A stretch of 64,000 nucleotides of DNA, taken from the NCBI GenBank assembly GCA_977017575.1, contig CDRNVI010000063.1:558001-622000 (forward strand), read 5' to 3'. The stretch is from Paramoeba atlantica (Eukaryota > Protista > Discosea). Position 1 is the first letter of the stretch. Every line of letters starts with the position of its first letter. Below, one piece after another: positions 9,301 to 18,400 of this stretch. The notes below the pieces were generated by a model. It was given only the letters and a program-made list of their open reading frames with translations, searched no databases and was not told the DNA's origin. The translations under genes were made by a program, and so were the position numbers.

Positions 9301-10247
9301 TGACGGCATCGGGCGGGGACGTCTTTGCAAGTGCTCAATTGTGTCTGAGAAATAGAGGCCAACGAGGGGAGCTCGGGTTGATGCATCTGAGTTGTGGGGG
9401 GGTGGCTTTCGTCGCTTGGGTGTGACATGTGTGATGGGCTTTGAGGGGTTGTCATCTTTCCCTTGCAGGACTGTGGGTGTGTTTCCCTTTTATTGACATC
9501 GTAAGAGCGCCCGCATGCAGCACACAGGAATCTACCTTCTGTAGCCCACCAGGCGGCAGGGATGCTGCTACCATGGCGACAGGCGACGTGGTTATAAAAC
9601 GCTTGCCACGATACCCCGTGCGCCGGGCTCCGCCAAGTGCATCCCATCGCCGGGCATTCTCGGAATTCTTCTCTGTTTTGTGTAACTTCGGTGGCTGAGT
9701 CCTTGGCCTCAGCTAGGAGAGGTGAGGGAGGGTTTTTCTCTGTCGCCGGTATTCGTTTAGAATGCCTCGTGTCTGTCTTCGTGGGTCCTTTCGAGGGAGA
9801 AACGTTGTGTAGCAGACGGGGAGAGACGTCCTGTACTACGGCATTAAGCTTCAGTGCTTTGTCGGGGGTCCGCGATGCAGGTGCGTTCTCATGAGTTGTG
9901 CTCTGCCGTCTTACCCCACAGTGTTGCATTTCCTCGTTTTCTGCCTCAGTATGGCCCGTGTCTGGAGTTTCCCTCTCCTGTGCAATTTGGCGTGCGTGAT
10001 CCATCCATTCCGCGGGAATATCCATCGGGATCGGCGTGGTATAAAGTTGCTCGTTGTATGTACTTGCAGTGGAGATCAAGTGTTTGTTCCCCTCAAACTG
10101 GTCCCAACTGCCGAGTCGGTGGGAACGCTCTTCATTGGTGAAAGTGCCTTCGCTGAGCTTACCTTCGTTTGTGTTAGTCAATATGTGGGGTGAAGGTGGA
10201 TTTTTGTCTAGGCTTGCGCGAGATCGAAGACTTTGATCGCTTTTCAT
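6375..10247 (-). CDS. RT-RLE protein (zinc fingers, reverse transcriptase, CCHC knuckle, restriction-like endonuclease), 1290 aa
   Basis: CPAMGC..HVACRH, CAAC..H..C, RPIAAG, DLRNAFN, GVQQGDPLG, WYLDDG, CPRENC..H..TC, RPGD..DFAVTH, VESYG. Confidence 0.92.
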   Translation of the reverse strand: MKSDQSLRSRASLDKNPPSPHILTNTNEGKLSEGTFTNEERSHRLGSWDQFEGNKHLISTASTYNEQLYTTPIPMDIPAEWMDHARQIAQERETPDTGHTEAENEEMQHCGVRRQSTTHENAPASRTPDKALKLNAVVQDVSPRLLHNVSPSKGPTKTDTRHSKRIPATEKNPPSPLLAEAKDSATEVTQNREEFRECPAMGCTWRSPAHGVSWQAFYNHVACRHGSSIPAAWWATEGRFLCAACGRSYDVNKRETHPQSCKGKMTTPQSPSHMSHPSDESHPPTTQMHQPELPSLASISQTQLSTCKDVPARCRHLWGEILTKTAENAVKENSPAAWTLFAMLPKCLLPAPHRGGRKNHTTYASFVEKCMNRWLAQDYVPLWNDTVNNALKKQSATPNIVHDEEEKAAIRSELLVRQGEYSRGMAALTADPMAPDDEETYIKLQNKHPCRLSDSDAIDYTPPPTAPLQVDEATVAKTIKSFHRGSSAGTMGLRPEHLQVALLAQVDNTTKPLKAITNLVNHLLAGKAPLEVQPYFAGARLCALEKGENDVRPIAAGETIRRLVSKTACNVVKAKASGIFAGLQFGVATPVGAERIIHTCRQAMAIHTDNPDFVLCKVDLRNAFNNVSRTAFLKLVSEHFPELFPWASWCYTTTSALTYRTHTLLSDEGVQQGDPLGPLFFSLVALELANEINHQADLDLQLWYLDDGVLIGKAQDTRNALDTIARVGPRWGLHLNMSKCEIITSPASANVTNLFPDIPDTKINVRGDFSVLGSPIGSPEYCSEYLTTHAIEPAETALEAITRIKDPQVSMALIRQCAGFCKMVHALRTTPPQSLTLLCERLDDFLMHAVESCLCPLPPSARSQIQRLKKHGGFGLRSASFHATSAYVSSVAFAADMDSWDPSEVEGFLSSIDDINAKVGTKLLNSSGRVCTIPHHKCEEFPPRHRPAKRPRQPDTHDPTSSANPPSLPHDRPPLSPDDLPPTSCPLYATEDCFDAKLPDWAKKGIPRQRDISHAISATEFSRAYEKADARTRARWVSQSGKGANSWAFVTPSKDTGHAFTPTEFRTLSRWWLGVPVYGEESKCPRENCTLPLDIHGDHALTCKHGEGIIRRHHSLVDQFAATCSQAHLAPQREKSLGNRGPGGALTRPGDVFMPSLFLGKPIVLDFAVTHAQQSKYTDTVRNASWVAAGSFAEHYASDQKARQRRESESAGSDFTAMVVESYGSWSSSALAVLRKVGERRAKASNGILSDGAATLQLVTDLNITLMRRQARMMISRMPVDDLPTPLIEQ

Positions 10248-10297
10248 GGGGAAGGACGCTAATCCCCGGGGAGTAACTAAAGAAAGGAAAAATAATT

Positions 10298-10328
10298 CAA
10301 CAAGGTACAGAAACTGTATCTTTATCGT
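10298..10328 (-). other. Spliced-leader exon copy (31 nt) at the 5' end of A
   Basis: ACGATAAAGATACAGTTTCTGTACCTTGTTG contains the kinetoplastid SL core CAGTTTCTGTAC and the terminal TTG. No GT intron follows. Confidence 0.8.
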
Positions 10329-10435
10329 AGCCCAAAACTAGTAATTCAACCTGCCTTAAGTTATTTATGATTCTGATAACAATAATAATAAAAAAGGAAG
10401 CAATCCACGCCCAATCCATCCACGCGTTCCGCGCG
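10329..10435 (-). mobile_element. 107-bp A-type 3'UTR fragment between the B poly(A) and the SL of A
   Basis: Identical to about 5718-5824. Confidence 0.8.
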
Positions 10436-10959
10436 TTTTTTTTTTTTTTTTTTTTTTTTTTTTGAATGTACGGTATCACTTTCTTACTTACTTTCCTACT
10501 TACTTTACTTCGCCCTTATCAACTTCGCCCGCTTCTCTCCCTTATCTCCACCCCTCAAAGAAACCATCCGCGACTTTCCGACTTCACCCGCTTCTTTCCC
10601 TCACTTCCCCCCCCCCCGAGCATCCATCCGCGCCTTCCAAACTTTGCCCTCCTCTTTCCCTCACTTCCCCCCAGAAATCAATCCGCGCGTGCTCCACCCC
10701 TTCTTCCAGCAGTGCGCGCTTCGGACCGGGTCTCTCGACCTCTCCACGGCCTGGCTTGGGAACCCTTCCCTTGTTATGCGGGAGGGCGCAGGCGCGGGCA
10801 TGTGCCGACAGCGGCACGGTCACGAAGTTGGGTTTTGATCGCCGGATTCGGATGAATGTTCCGAATCCATACCTGTCTCACATTGGGGTACCTTGCTCGT
10901 GAAAGCGAGGCGTGAGGATAGGCACTGTCGGCTCGATCGGCCTCGGGCCGCTCTGGAGG

Positions 10960-13900
10960 CTATTCCTCCAGAGTTGCGATGGGGTCTTCGGAAGGTGAAC
11001 GAGCAACCATCATGCGCGCTTGAAAGCGCATAAGGGTTATGTTTAGTTCAGCGAAGATTCGGCTCGTTGCCTCACCTTCCGAAAGTAGACCCCCCGAGGC
11101 GTGCGAACACCTCTCACCGACTTTGCGGAGCACGGCTGAAGCGCTGGGGCTCCAGGCGCCATAACTTTCGACAACCATGGCCGTAAAGTCGCATCCTGCC
11201 TCTACGGCTTCTCGACGCTGCTTGCCCTTCTCCATTGAGGAATAATGTTCGGCAAATGACCCCGCGGCAACCCAGCTAGCGTTTCGGACTTTGTCCGTAT
11301 ATTTTAATTGCTGAGCATGGGTGACCGCGAAGTCAAGCACAATGGGATTTCCAAGAAAAAGGCTGGGCAAGTATATGTCGCCAGGTCTGGTGAGGGCCCC
11401 GCCTGGGCCCCTGTTCCCGAGACTCTTTTCTCGTTGAGGGGCGAGGCGGGCTCGACTGCACACGTCCGCGAACTGGTCCGTAACAGCGTTGTGCCTGGTC
11501 ACAATACCATGGCCATGTTTGCAAGACAGTGCATGGTCCCCTTTGCTGTCAAGGGGGAGCGAGCATTTCGGCATGGGGCACGTGCTATCTTCATGGTAGA
11601 TGTCCACGCCTAACCACCAACGGGCCAAAGTTCGGAATTGTGTGGGGGTAAAGGCGTGCCCAAGGTCTTTCGAAGGAGTCACAAAGGCCCAGCTGCTCGC
11701 TCCCGTGCCACACTGGGAGATCCACCTTGCACGGGTTCGTGCGTCAGTTGTCTCATATTCCTGGGAAAAGGCATGGGCTGCAATAGCATAACTGATTACC
11801 CGCTGGCGCGGGATCTTCCCTTTGGGCCACTGTGGGGGTAACATGTCCTGGCATTCTTCAGAACCGTAGAGGGGAGTCGAGAGTGGGTAGGCATCCGTGG
11901 GTGTGTTGGCCGTGCGGGAAGTCGTACGAAGAATATGTCCCGGAGGCTCGTCCGGGGGGTGAGGATCATTCCCTGGCGGAGGGCGCCTTCTCTTCCGGTA
12001 GGAGTACGGCGCGCTCAGGGCCTTCTCGCATGGGGCGTTGGGAGTTGTGAGAACACGACCTCGGGGATCGAGGAGAGCAGTGCCGGCCTTCTGATTGATG
12101 TCGAGGATGGCCTCCGAGAAACCTTCAGCGTCTGTGGGATCCCAGGAATCTGTGGCAGAGGCAAAGGCGACGGATGCAACGTAAGCCGCGGAGGCGTGGA
12201 GAGCTGCGGATCTCAGACCTAATCCCCCATGACGCTTCAGTCGCTGTGCTTGAGATTGTGCTGACCTGTCCAGAGGACAGATGATTGCCTCTATAGCGGT
12301 CATGAGAAAGTCGTCTAAACGGGAGCAAAGGTGAATCAGGGACTGTGGGGGCGTGCTTCTCATGGCATACACCATTTGACAGAACCCCGCACATTGACGA
12401 ATTAGGGCAAGCGCGACCTGGGGGTCCTGAATGTTGGTGATGGCATCGAGGGTATCCTCGGCTGGTTCTAGGGCGTGAGAAAGAAGATAAGCAGAGCAGT
12501 GGTCGGCGGATCCTACAGGACTCCCTAGTATGTCAAAGTTCCCCTGCGAATTGATCTTCTCGTCGGGTATGTCTGGGAAGTAATCAGCCTGGTGGGCCGA
12601 GCTGGGGGAAGTAATAATTTCGCATTTCGACGTATTGAGATACAAGCCCCATTGAGGTCCTACTCGGGCGATCGTGTCTAGGGCGTCTCTAACTTCCTGC
12701 GCCTGGCCAACGAGGACGCCATCGTCGAGATACCAGAGTTGGGCGGGAATATCAGTTTGAAGGTTAATGGCTTCTGAGAGCTCCAGGGCCACTAACGAGA
12801 AGAGCAATGGTCCTAGGGGATCGCCCTGTTGTACTCCTTCCTCGGAGGAGATGAATCGGGCCCCGTAGGTAAGAGAGCTGGGGTCGGAATAGCACCAATT
12901 GATCCAAGGGAAGAGTTCCGGGAAATATTCCTGTACTAGTGGAAGGAAGGCAGCCCTGCTTACGTTATTGAAAGCGTTACGTAGGTCCACTTTGCACATG
13001 ACGAAGTTCGGGTTTTCCATATTGGACGACATGGCCAGGCGACACATGTGAATGACTCTTTCGGCCCCGGCTGGCGCTGCCACTCCGTACTGTTTGCCTT
13101 CAAAGAGCTCGCTCGCTTTGGGTCGGATTGCGTTGCATACGGCTTTGCTCGCTAATCGCCGAAGGGTTTCACCGGCAGCGATCGGACGAACATCATTTTC
13201 GCCCTTTGATAGGGCGCATAAGCGCGCCCCTGCGAAGTGCGCCTGTACTTCAGAGGGTGCCTTCCCAGCTAGGAGGTGATTTGTTAGCTTTGTGAGGGAT
13301 CGGAGAAAGTCATTTCCGTGTACGAGCAGTGCTGCCTGTAGGTGCTCTGGGCGTAATCCCATAGTGCCGGCAGAGGAACCCCTGTTGAAGCTCTTCAGCG
13401 TCTTTGCAACTTCGCGTTCGTCAAGTTCCAGTGGAGCGCAGTTCGGGGGCGGGCAGTTTTCGCACGAGTCAATTTGAAGACGACGGGGGTGTTTTTCTAG
13501 CAATTTTTCAAATGTCTCGTCATCGTCAGGCGCCATTGGATCTGACGTTAGGGAGGCCAACCCTCTAGAGAGCTCGCCGTGGCGGACGAGGAGTTCTGCT
13601 CGAATCGCTGCCTTCTCGTCTTCGTCAGGGAATTCCGTTGGAGATTTTTGCTTTTTTCGACAGGCTACAATTGCTTCGCTCCATAGGTCCGAGTACTCTT
13701 GTTCCGCCCAACGCTGCATGCATTTATACGCATGTGAGGCATATGCCATGTGGCCTTTGCGGCCCCCTCGATGCGGAGCTGGTAAAACGCATTTGGGAAG
13801 CATGGCCAGAAGCGTCCATGCCTGTAAGGAGTTTTCAGAGACCGCGTTCCGAATGGCGGAGGAGAGGATTTCTTCCCAGATCTGGCGGCAACGATAAGGC

Positions 13901-14913
13901 ACGTCTTTGCACGTACTCAGCTGAAGAGAGCAGACAGAAGGAAGAGGTGGGAGCTCAAAGTTGGTGTTCTCTGGTGTTGGTGCGGTGCTCACTTCGTTGG
14001 GTGGAGTAAGAAGTTCGGGAGAAAGGAGCGCGACGGTTTTCGTTCCTTTGCAGCTGTGTGTGTGCGATGATCGTTTGTGGTTGTCGTAGTGGCGTCCGCA
14101 TGAGGTGCATAGAAAACGGCCTTCTCTGTACCACCATTCATTAGGGATGCTGTTACCGTGCCGGCATGCGACATGGTTATAGAAGGCTTGCCAGGATCCG
14201 CCATGCGACGGACTGCGCCATGAACATCCCTGGGCCGGGCACTCTCGGAGCGCGGCAGACTTTCCTTGGGACAATGAGTTGGGCTCAGCGAGGCTAACGC
14301 CAGCGTTTTCAATATTCTGGGTTTCGTGTCTTCTTCCTGGTTGCTCTTGAGATGGACCCGGAATAAGTTCATAAGGATGCAAGAGTGAAGGTGTCTCTGG
14401 GTCTACCCGGTATCGGATGAGCTTATTTCTCCGTGGAGTAGGGGTTTTCTTGGAGTGACCTTTAATGTCCTCATTGCTACGTGCTTGGGCGGATAGAGCA
14501 GTTTTGAGTGGTGTACTTAGATGCTGTGTAGCATTCAAAGCCTCTTTCGTCTTCTTCGCTGGCGTTACTTGCCTGATAACAGCGGAGTGTTGCATCTCTT
14601 CATTTTCGACCTCCGTGTGACCTGTGTCCGGTGTTTCATTAACCCCACCTACGATCGCGTTCGTTCGGCGGATCCAATCTTCAGGAATATTCTGAGGGAT
14701 GGGGGTCGTGTAAAGGTCTTCATGGTATGTGCTCGTCCCCGTGATTAAATGTTCGTTTCCTTTAAATTGGTCCCAAGACCCCGGTCGGTGAGTTCTGCCA
14801 TTAATTTCTAAGCATTTGTCGTCCGTCTCCATGGCTTCGGCTTCGTGGTCCGGATTTCCGCTGTTGTCGTCTATGGGAGGAAGTGTGTCTGCGGGGGGGA
14901 TGATACCAGACAT
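10960..14913 (-). CDS. RT-RLE protein, 1317 aa
   Basis: Same domain motifs as A: GVQQGDPLG, WYLDDG, CPMPKC..H..SC, RPGD. Confidence 0.92.
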   Translation of the reverse strand: MSGIIPPADTLPPIDDNSGNPDHEAEAMETDDKCLEINGRTHRPGSWDQFKGNEHLITGTSTYHEDLYTTPIPQNIPEDWIRRTNAIVGGVNETPDTGHTEVENEEMQHSAVIRQVTPAKKTKEALNATQHLSTPLKTALSAQARSNEDIKGHSKKTPTPRRNKLIRYRVDPETPSLLHPYELIPGPSQEQPGRRHETQNIENAGVSLAEPNSLSQGKSAALRECPAQGCSWRSPSHGGSWQAFYNHVACRHGNSIPNEWWYREGRFLCTSCGRHYDNHKRSSHTHSCKGTKTVALLSPELLTPPNEVSTAPTPENTNFELPPLPSVCSLQLSTCKDVPYRCRQIWEEILSSAIRNAVSENSLQAWTLLAMLPKCVLPAPHRGGRKGHMAYASHAYKCMQRWAEQEYSDLWSEAIVACRKKQKSPTEFPDEDEKAAIRAELLVRHGELSRGLASLTSDPMAPDDDETFEKLLEKHPRRLQIDSCENCPPPNCAPLELDEREVAKTLKSFNRGSSAGTMGLRPEHLQAALLVHGNDFLRSLTKLTNHLLAGKAPSEVQAHFAGARLCALSKGENDVRPIAAGETLRRLASKAVCNAIRPKASELFEGKQYGVAAPAGAERVIHMCRLAMSSNMENPNFVMCKVDLRNAFNNVSRAAFLPLVQEYFPELFPWINWCYSDPSSLTYGARFISSEEGVQQGDPLGPLLFSLVALELSEAINLQTDIPAQLWYLDDGVLVGQAQEVRDALDTIARVGPQWGLYLNTSKCEIITSPSSAHQADYFPDIPDEKINSQGNFDILGSPVGSADHCSAYLLSHALEPAEDTLDAITNIQDPQVALALIRQCAGFCQMVYAMRSTPPQSLIHLCSRLDDFLMTAIEAIICPLDRSAQSQAQRLKRHGGLGLRSAALHASAAYVASVAFASATDSWDPTDAEGFSEAILDINQKAGTALLDPRGRVLTTPNAPCEKALSAPYSYRKRRRPPPGNDPHPPDEPPGHILRTTSRTANTPTDAYPLSTPLYGSEECQDMLPPQWPKGKIPRQRVISYAIAAHAFSQEYETTDARTRARWISQCGTGASSWAFVTPSKDLGHAFTPTQFRTLARWWLGVDIYHEDSTCPMPKCSLPLDSKGDHALSCKHGHGIVTRHNAVTDQFADVCSRARLAPQREKSLGNRGPGGALTRPGDIYLPSLFLGNPIVLDFAVTHAQQLKYTDKVRNASWVAAGSFAEHYSSMEKGKQRREAVEAGCDFTAMVVESYGAWSPSASAVLRKVGERCSHASGGLLSEGEATSRIFAELNITLMRFQARMMVARSPSEDPIATLEE

Positions 14914-14957
14914 AAAAATTAACCCGTACCTCGGAAAGAGATGAAATAGAAAAAATT

Positions 14958-14992
14958 CAACAAGGTACAGAAACTGTATCTTTATCGTTAAA
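14958..14992 (-). other. Spliced-leader exon copy (35 nt) at the 5' end of B
   Basis: TTTAACGATAAAGATACAGTTTCTGTACCTTGTTG. Confidence 0.8.
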
Positions 14993-15406
14993 GATATTTA
15001 ACGAAATATTTTATTTATTTTTTTTATTTTATATTTTTTGCATGAAAGGGGGGAAAGTATTTAAAAAAGATGATTTTTTTGAGAGATAAAGGAAAACATG
15101 CAATGGCAGTACTTGAAACCAGTGCTATGATATTTATCGATCTAATTATCTGCATTGTCAATTTCTGCATGTAAATTTCTTAGTTTTTCCTCCTTCCACA
15201 AGCAATCAGCCCACCCCAAACTAGCAAACAATTTCCCCCCACGAAGCCGCCTCCCTGAAGAGAAATGCAGTGAAAAAGTGACACCCGAAAGGTAAAAACA
15301 CCCGGGGGTTTTTTCTATCCCCCCCACACTTTGCCCTACCCCCCACAATTAAATCCCAGCTCGTACCGGTTGAGCTCGCGAGTAGAAAACCCCTTTCGCA
15401 TGAACA

Positions 15407-18400
15407 TTACTCTTCAATTCCGTATCCATTAATAATCGCGTCGGGGGATGATGTAGGCAGCCGCAATACGAGCATACGAGCTTGTGCCCTCATTAGGGCG
15501 ACGTTTAGTGTCGTCACCAGTTGGTGTAGTGCTTCCCCCTTCGAGAGCGTGCCCCCGGAGTACGCTGCCCGGGAAGTGGAGACTTCCTTGAGTATCGCGA
15601 AGGCACTGGGGCACCATGCCCCGTATGACTCCACCACCATAGCGCCAAACTTGTGACGCGCTGCGTCTGCTTCCTCTCTTTGTTTCTTCTTGTTCTCCGT
15701 TGCGTAGCGCTCCGCAAAAGACCCCGCCGTCACCCAGTTAGCATCACGGACTAAGTCCGTATACTTTGGCTGCTGAACATGAGTGACAGCGAAGTCTAAT
15801 ACAAGAGACTGGCCTACGTCGAAAGTAGAGAGGAAGACGTCCCCTGGCCTAGTGAGGGCGCCCCCAGGACCCGTGTTCCCCAGGCTCACTTCTCTCCGCG
15901 GGGTAAACCCAGCTTTCGCGCATTCTGAGGAGAACTGTCCCGCTATAGCGTTGTGTCGTGCTATGATACCGTGCCCGCACTTGCATACCAGTGCGTGATC
16001 ACCCTCGGGGTCAAGTGGCAGGGCGCATTTCTCCATAGGACATGGCCGGGAAGCCGGATAAATAGCGTCTCCGAGCCACCACCGCACAAGAGTACGAAAT
16101 TCAGTTGGTGTGTAGGCCAAGCCGTTTTTCTTAGAGGGGATTACGAAAGCCCACTCCGAGGCCCCTTCTCCCGTTTCCGATATCCATCTGGCCCTCGTTC
16201 GGAGATCGGCACGAGAAAAGGCCTCCCGAAATTCGCGGGAGGCGATGGCATGACTAAGATCACGCTGGCGAGGGATTACGAGCTCTTGGCTAGATTCCTG
16301 CTCGTTATTATTTGAGTAAGGAGAGTCCGTCGACAATGCGAGACTTTTCGGTATTAATCCACATTGTTGTACCACAGTTGTCCCGGCGCGTTTATTGACC
16401 TCCTGTACAGCTTGGGTGAACCCCTCGGCATCCGCCGGGTCCCATTGGTCCTTGTCTGAGGCGAAAGCGACGGAGGCCACGTATGCGGAACTCGAGTGTT
16501 CCTCCGCTGACCGGAGCCCCAACCCCCCGTACCGCTTTTCGCGTTGTGCCTGGCGTCCGGCCCTATCGCTCAGAGGACGAAAGAAATGTTCAGTGGTATG
16601 TTGGACAGCATCATCTAAGCGTTTGCAGAGGTCCTGTAGTTCTGCTGTTGGGGTTGTTCTGAGCGAGTACACCATTTGACAAAAACCCGTACAGTGCCGG
16701 ATCAGAGACAAGGCGATCTGGGGGTCTTCGAGCGCCGTTATAGCCTGCAACGATTCTTCGGCCAAGTCGATCGCATTGTTGAGGATGAACTCGCGGCAAA
16801 ATTTGGTGGATCCAACTGGACTCCACAAAATATGGAAATTGCCTTCTGTATTTTTATTCAAACCGGGGATATCAGGGAAAAGGGAGGAACGGTGGGAGGA
16901 AGCGGTGTGAGACGTAAGCTCGCACTTGGCGGCATTGAGATGTAAACCCCATTTTGGTCCGGATAACGTAATCACATCCAGTGCGTGCCGTACGTCGCTA
17001 GATGGACCGGCGATTACCCCGTCATCTAAGTACCAGAGGTTTAGGGTGAGTTTCGGGGCGGCCGCACGGATTTCCATGGAAACTTCTTTCATGACCAGTG
17101 AGAAAAGAAGAGGGCCCAGTGGGTCACCTTGCTGTACTCCTTCAGAGGATGCGATGGTGCGGGAACCAAAGGTAAGAACGCTTCCAGTATTGTAACACCA
17201 TTCCACATAGGAAGCCAGTTTAGGGAAGTGTTGGCGTGCTAGGGCCGTGAAAGAATCCCGTGAAACATTGTTAAATGCGTTTTTGAGATCAATCTTGCAT
17301 AGTAAAAAATCGTCGTCATCAGTGTGTTCGGCAAAGGTCTTCCGGCAGAGATGTATCACCCTTTCTGCACCCGCAGGTGTAGCTACACCGTACTGGTGCC
17401 CTTTGAAAAGTTTGCGGGCCTGCCCCCTAGCCGCGAAGCAGGCGACTTTGCTTGCCAAGCGACGAAGGGTTTCTCCAGCTGCAATCGGGCGTACGTCATG
17501 TTCCCCTTTTTTCAAGGCGCACAACCGACCCCCCGCGTAGTGGTCTTGGGCTTCTAAAGGTACTTTTCCTGCGAGCATGTGATTGATGAATTTGGTGATT
17601 GTGCCCAGAGGGTCGGTATACGCGTCATGATGATACTGCGTTGCTACCTGTAGATGCTCCGGTCGCAGACCAAAGGCCCCACCTGAGGACCCTCGGTGAA
17701 AAGTGGAGAGAGCTTCGGCCACTTCTTCTTGAGTCGCTTCAAGCGGTTCAGCATCCGGGGTCAGGAGGTTTTGCACGTTGGAGGTGGATAGCCTGGGTGG
17801 GTGCTTAGACTGGAGCTTCGCGTAGGTCGCTTCATCGTCGGGGGCAAGAGGTTCAGAAGTTAGGGCAGTCATGGCTCGGGGGAGCTCTCCGTCACGAACA
17901 AGCCGTTCAGCACGTAAGACCGCTTTCTTTTCCTCTTCCTCCATGTTCTGCGCTTGTGCCACGCTTTTCTTTTTCCGTGTGAGACTAGAAACCGCTTCGT
18001 TCCACAGCGCCAGGAATTCTCCCTTGGCCCATCTAGCTAGACACTTCCTTACGTGGGAGGCGTATGACGCTTTTGCGCGGTTACCTCCACGGTGGGGGGC
18101 GGGTAAAATGCACTTAGGCAGCATGGCGAGAAGTGTCCAAGCTTCGAGTGTGTTTTCGCGGATCGCCGTGTATAAGCATCCGCTAAGCGTCTTGGCCCAT
18201 TCTTGCCTGCAGCGGTCTGGGATGTTCTTACAGGTATTTATGGACAGAGCGCTGATCGAAGATAAACTCGGAAGGGGTGGATCTATGGCCTGTACGCTCT
18301 CGCTTTCCGTGGTTTGATTAGCTGGAGAGGTGGCCGCTTTAGCGAGAGTTGTATTCGTATCAGGAGTGGCGTTGTTCGAGGGGGTTGTCGGTGGAATGTG

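Larger units (their letters stand above)
5825..10328 (-). mobile_element. Full-length CRE-clade non-LTR retrotransposon A (SL, 5'UTR, ORF, 3'UTR, poly(A))
   Basis: SL at 10298-10328, single ORF, poly-T at 5825-5848. Confidence 0.9.
10436..14992 (-). mobile_element. Full-length CRE-clade element B
   Basis: SL at 14958-14992, ORF, 3'UTR, poly-T at 10436-10463. Confidence 0.9.

Noticed and set aside
6375-10247. Bacterial RT systems (retron, group II intron, DGR, defence RT)
   Set aside because: The CCHC-RLE C-termini, poly(A) tails, SL and lack of operon structure indicate eukaryotic non-LTR elements.
10298-10328. SL copies as SL RNA genes
   Set aside because: No GT donor, intron or Sm site follows any copy, and each is followed by an element 5'UTR.
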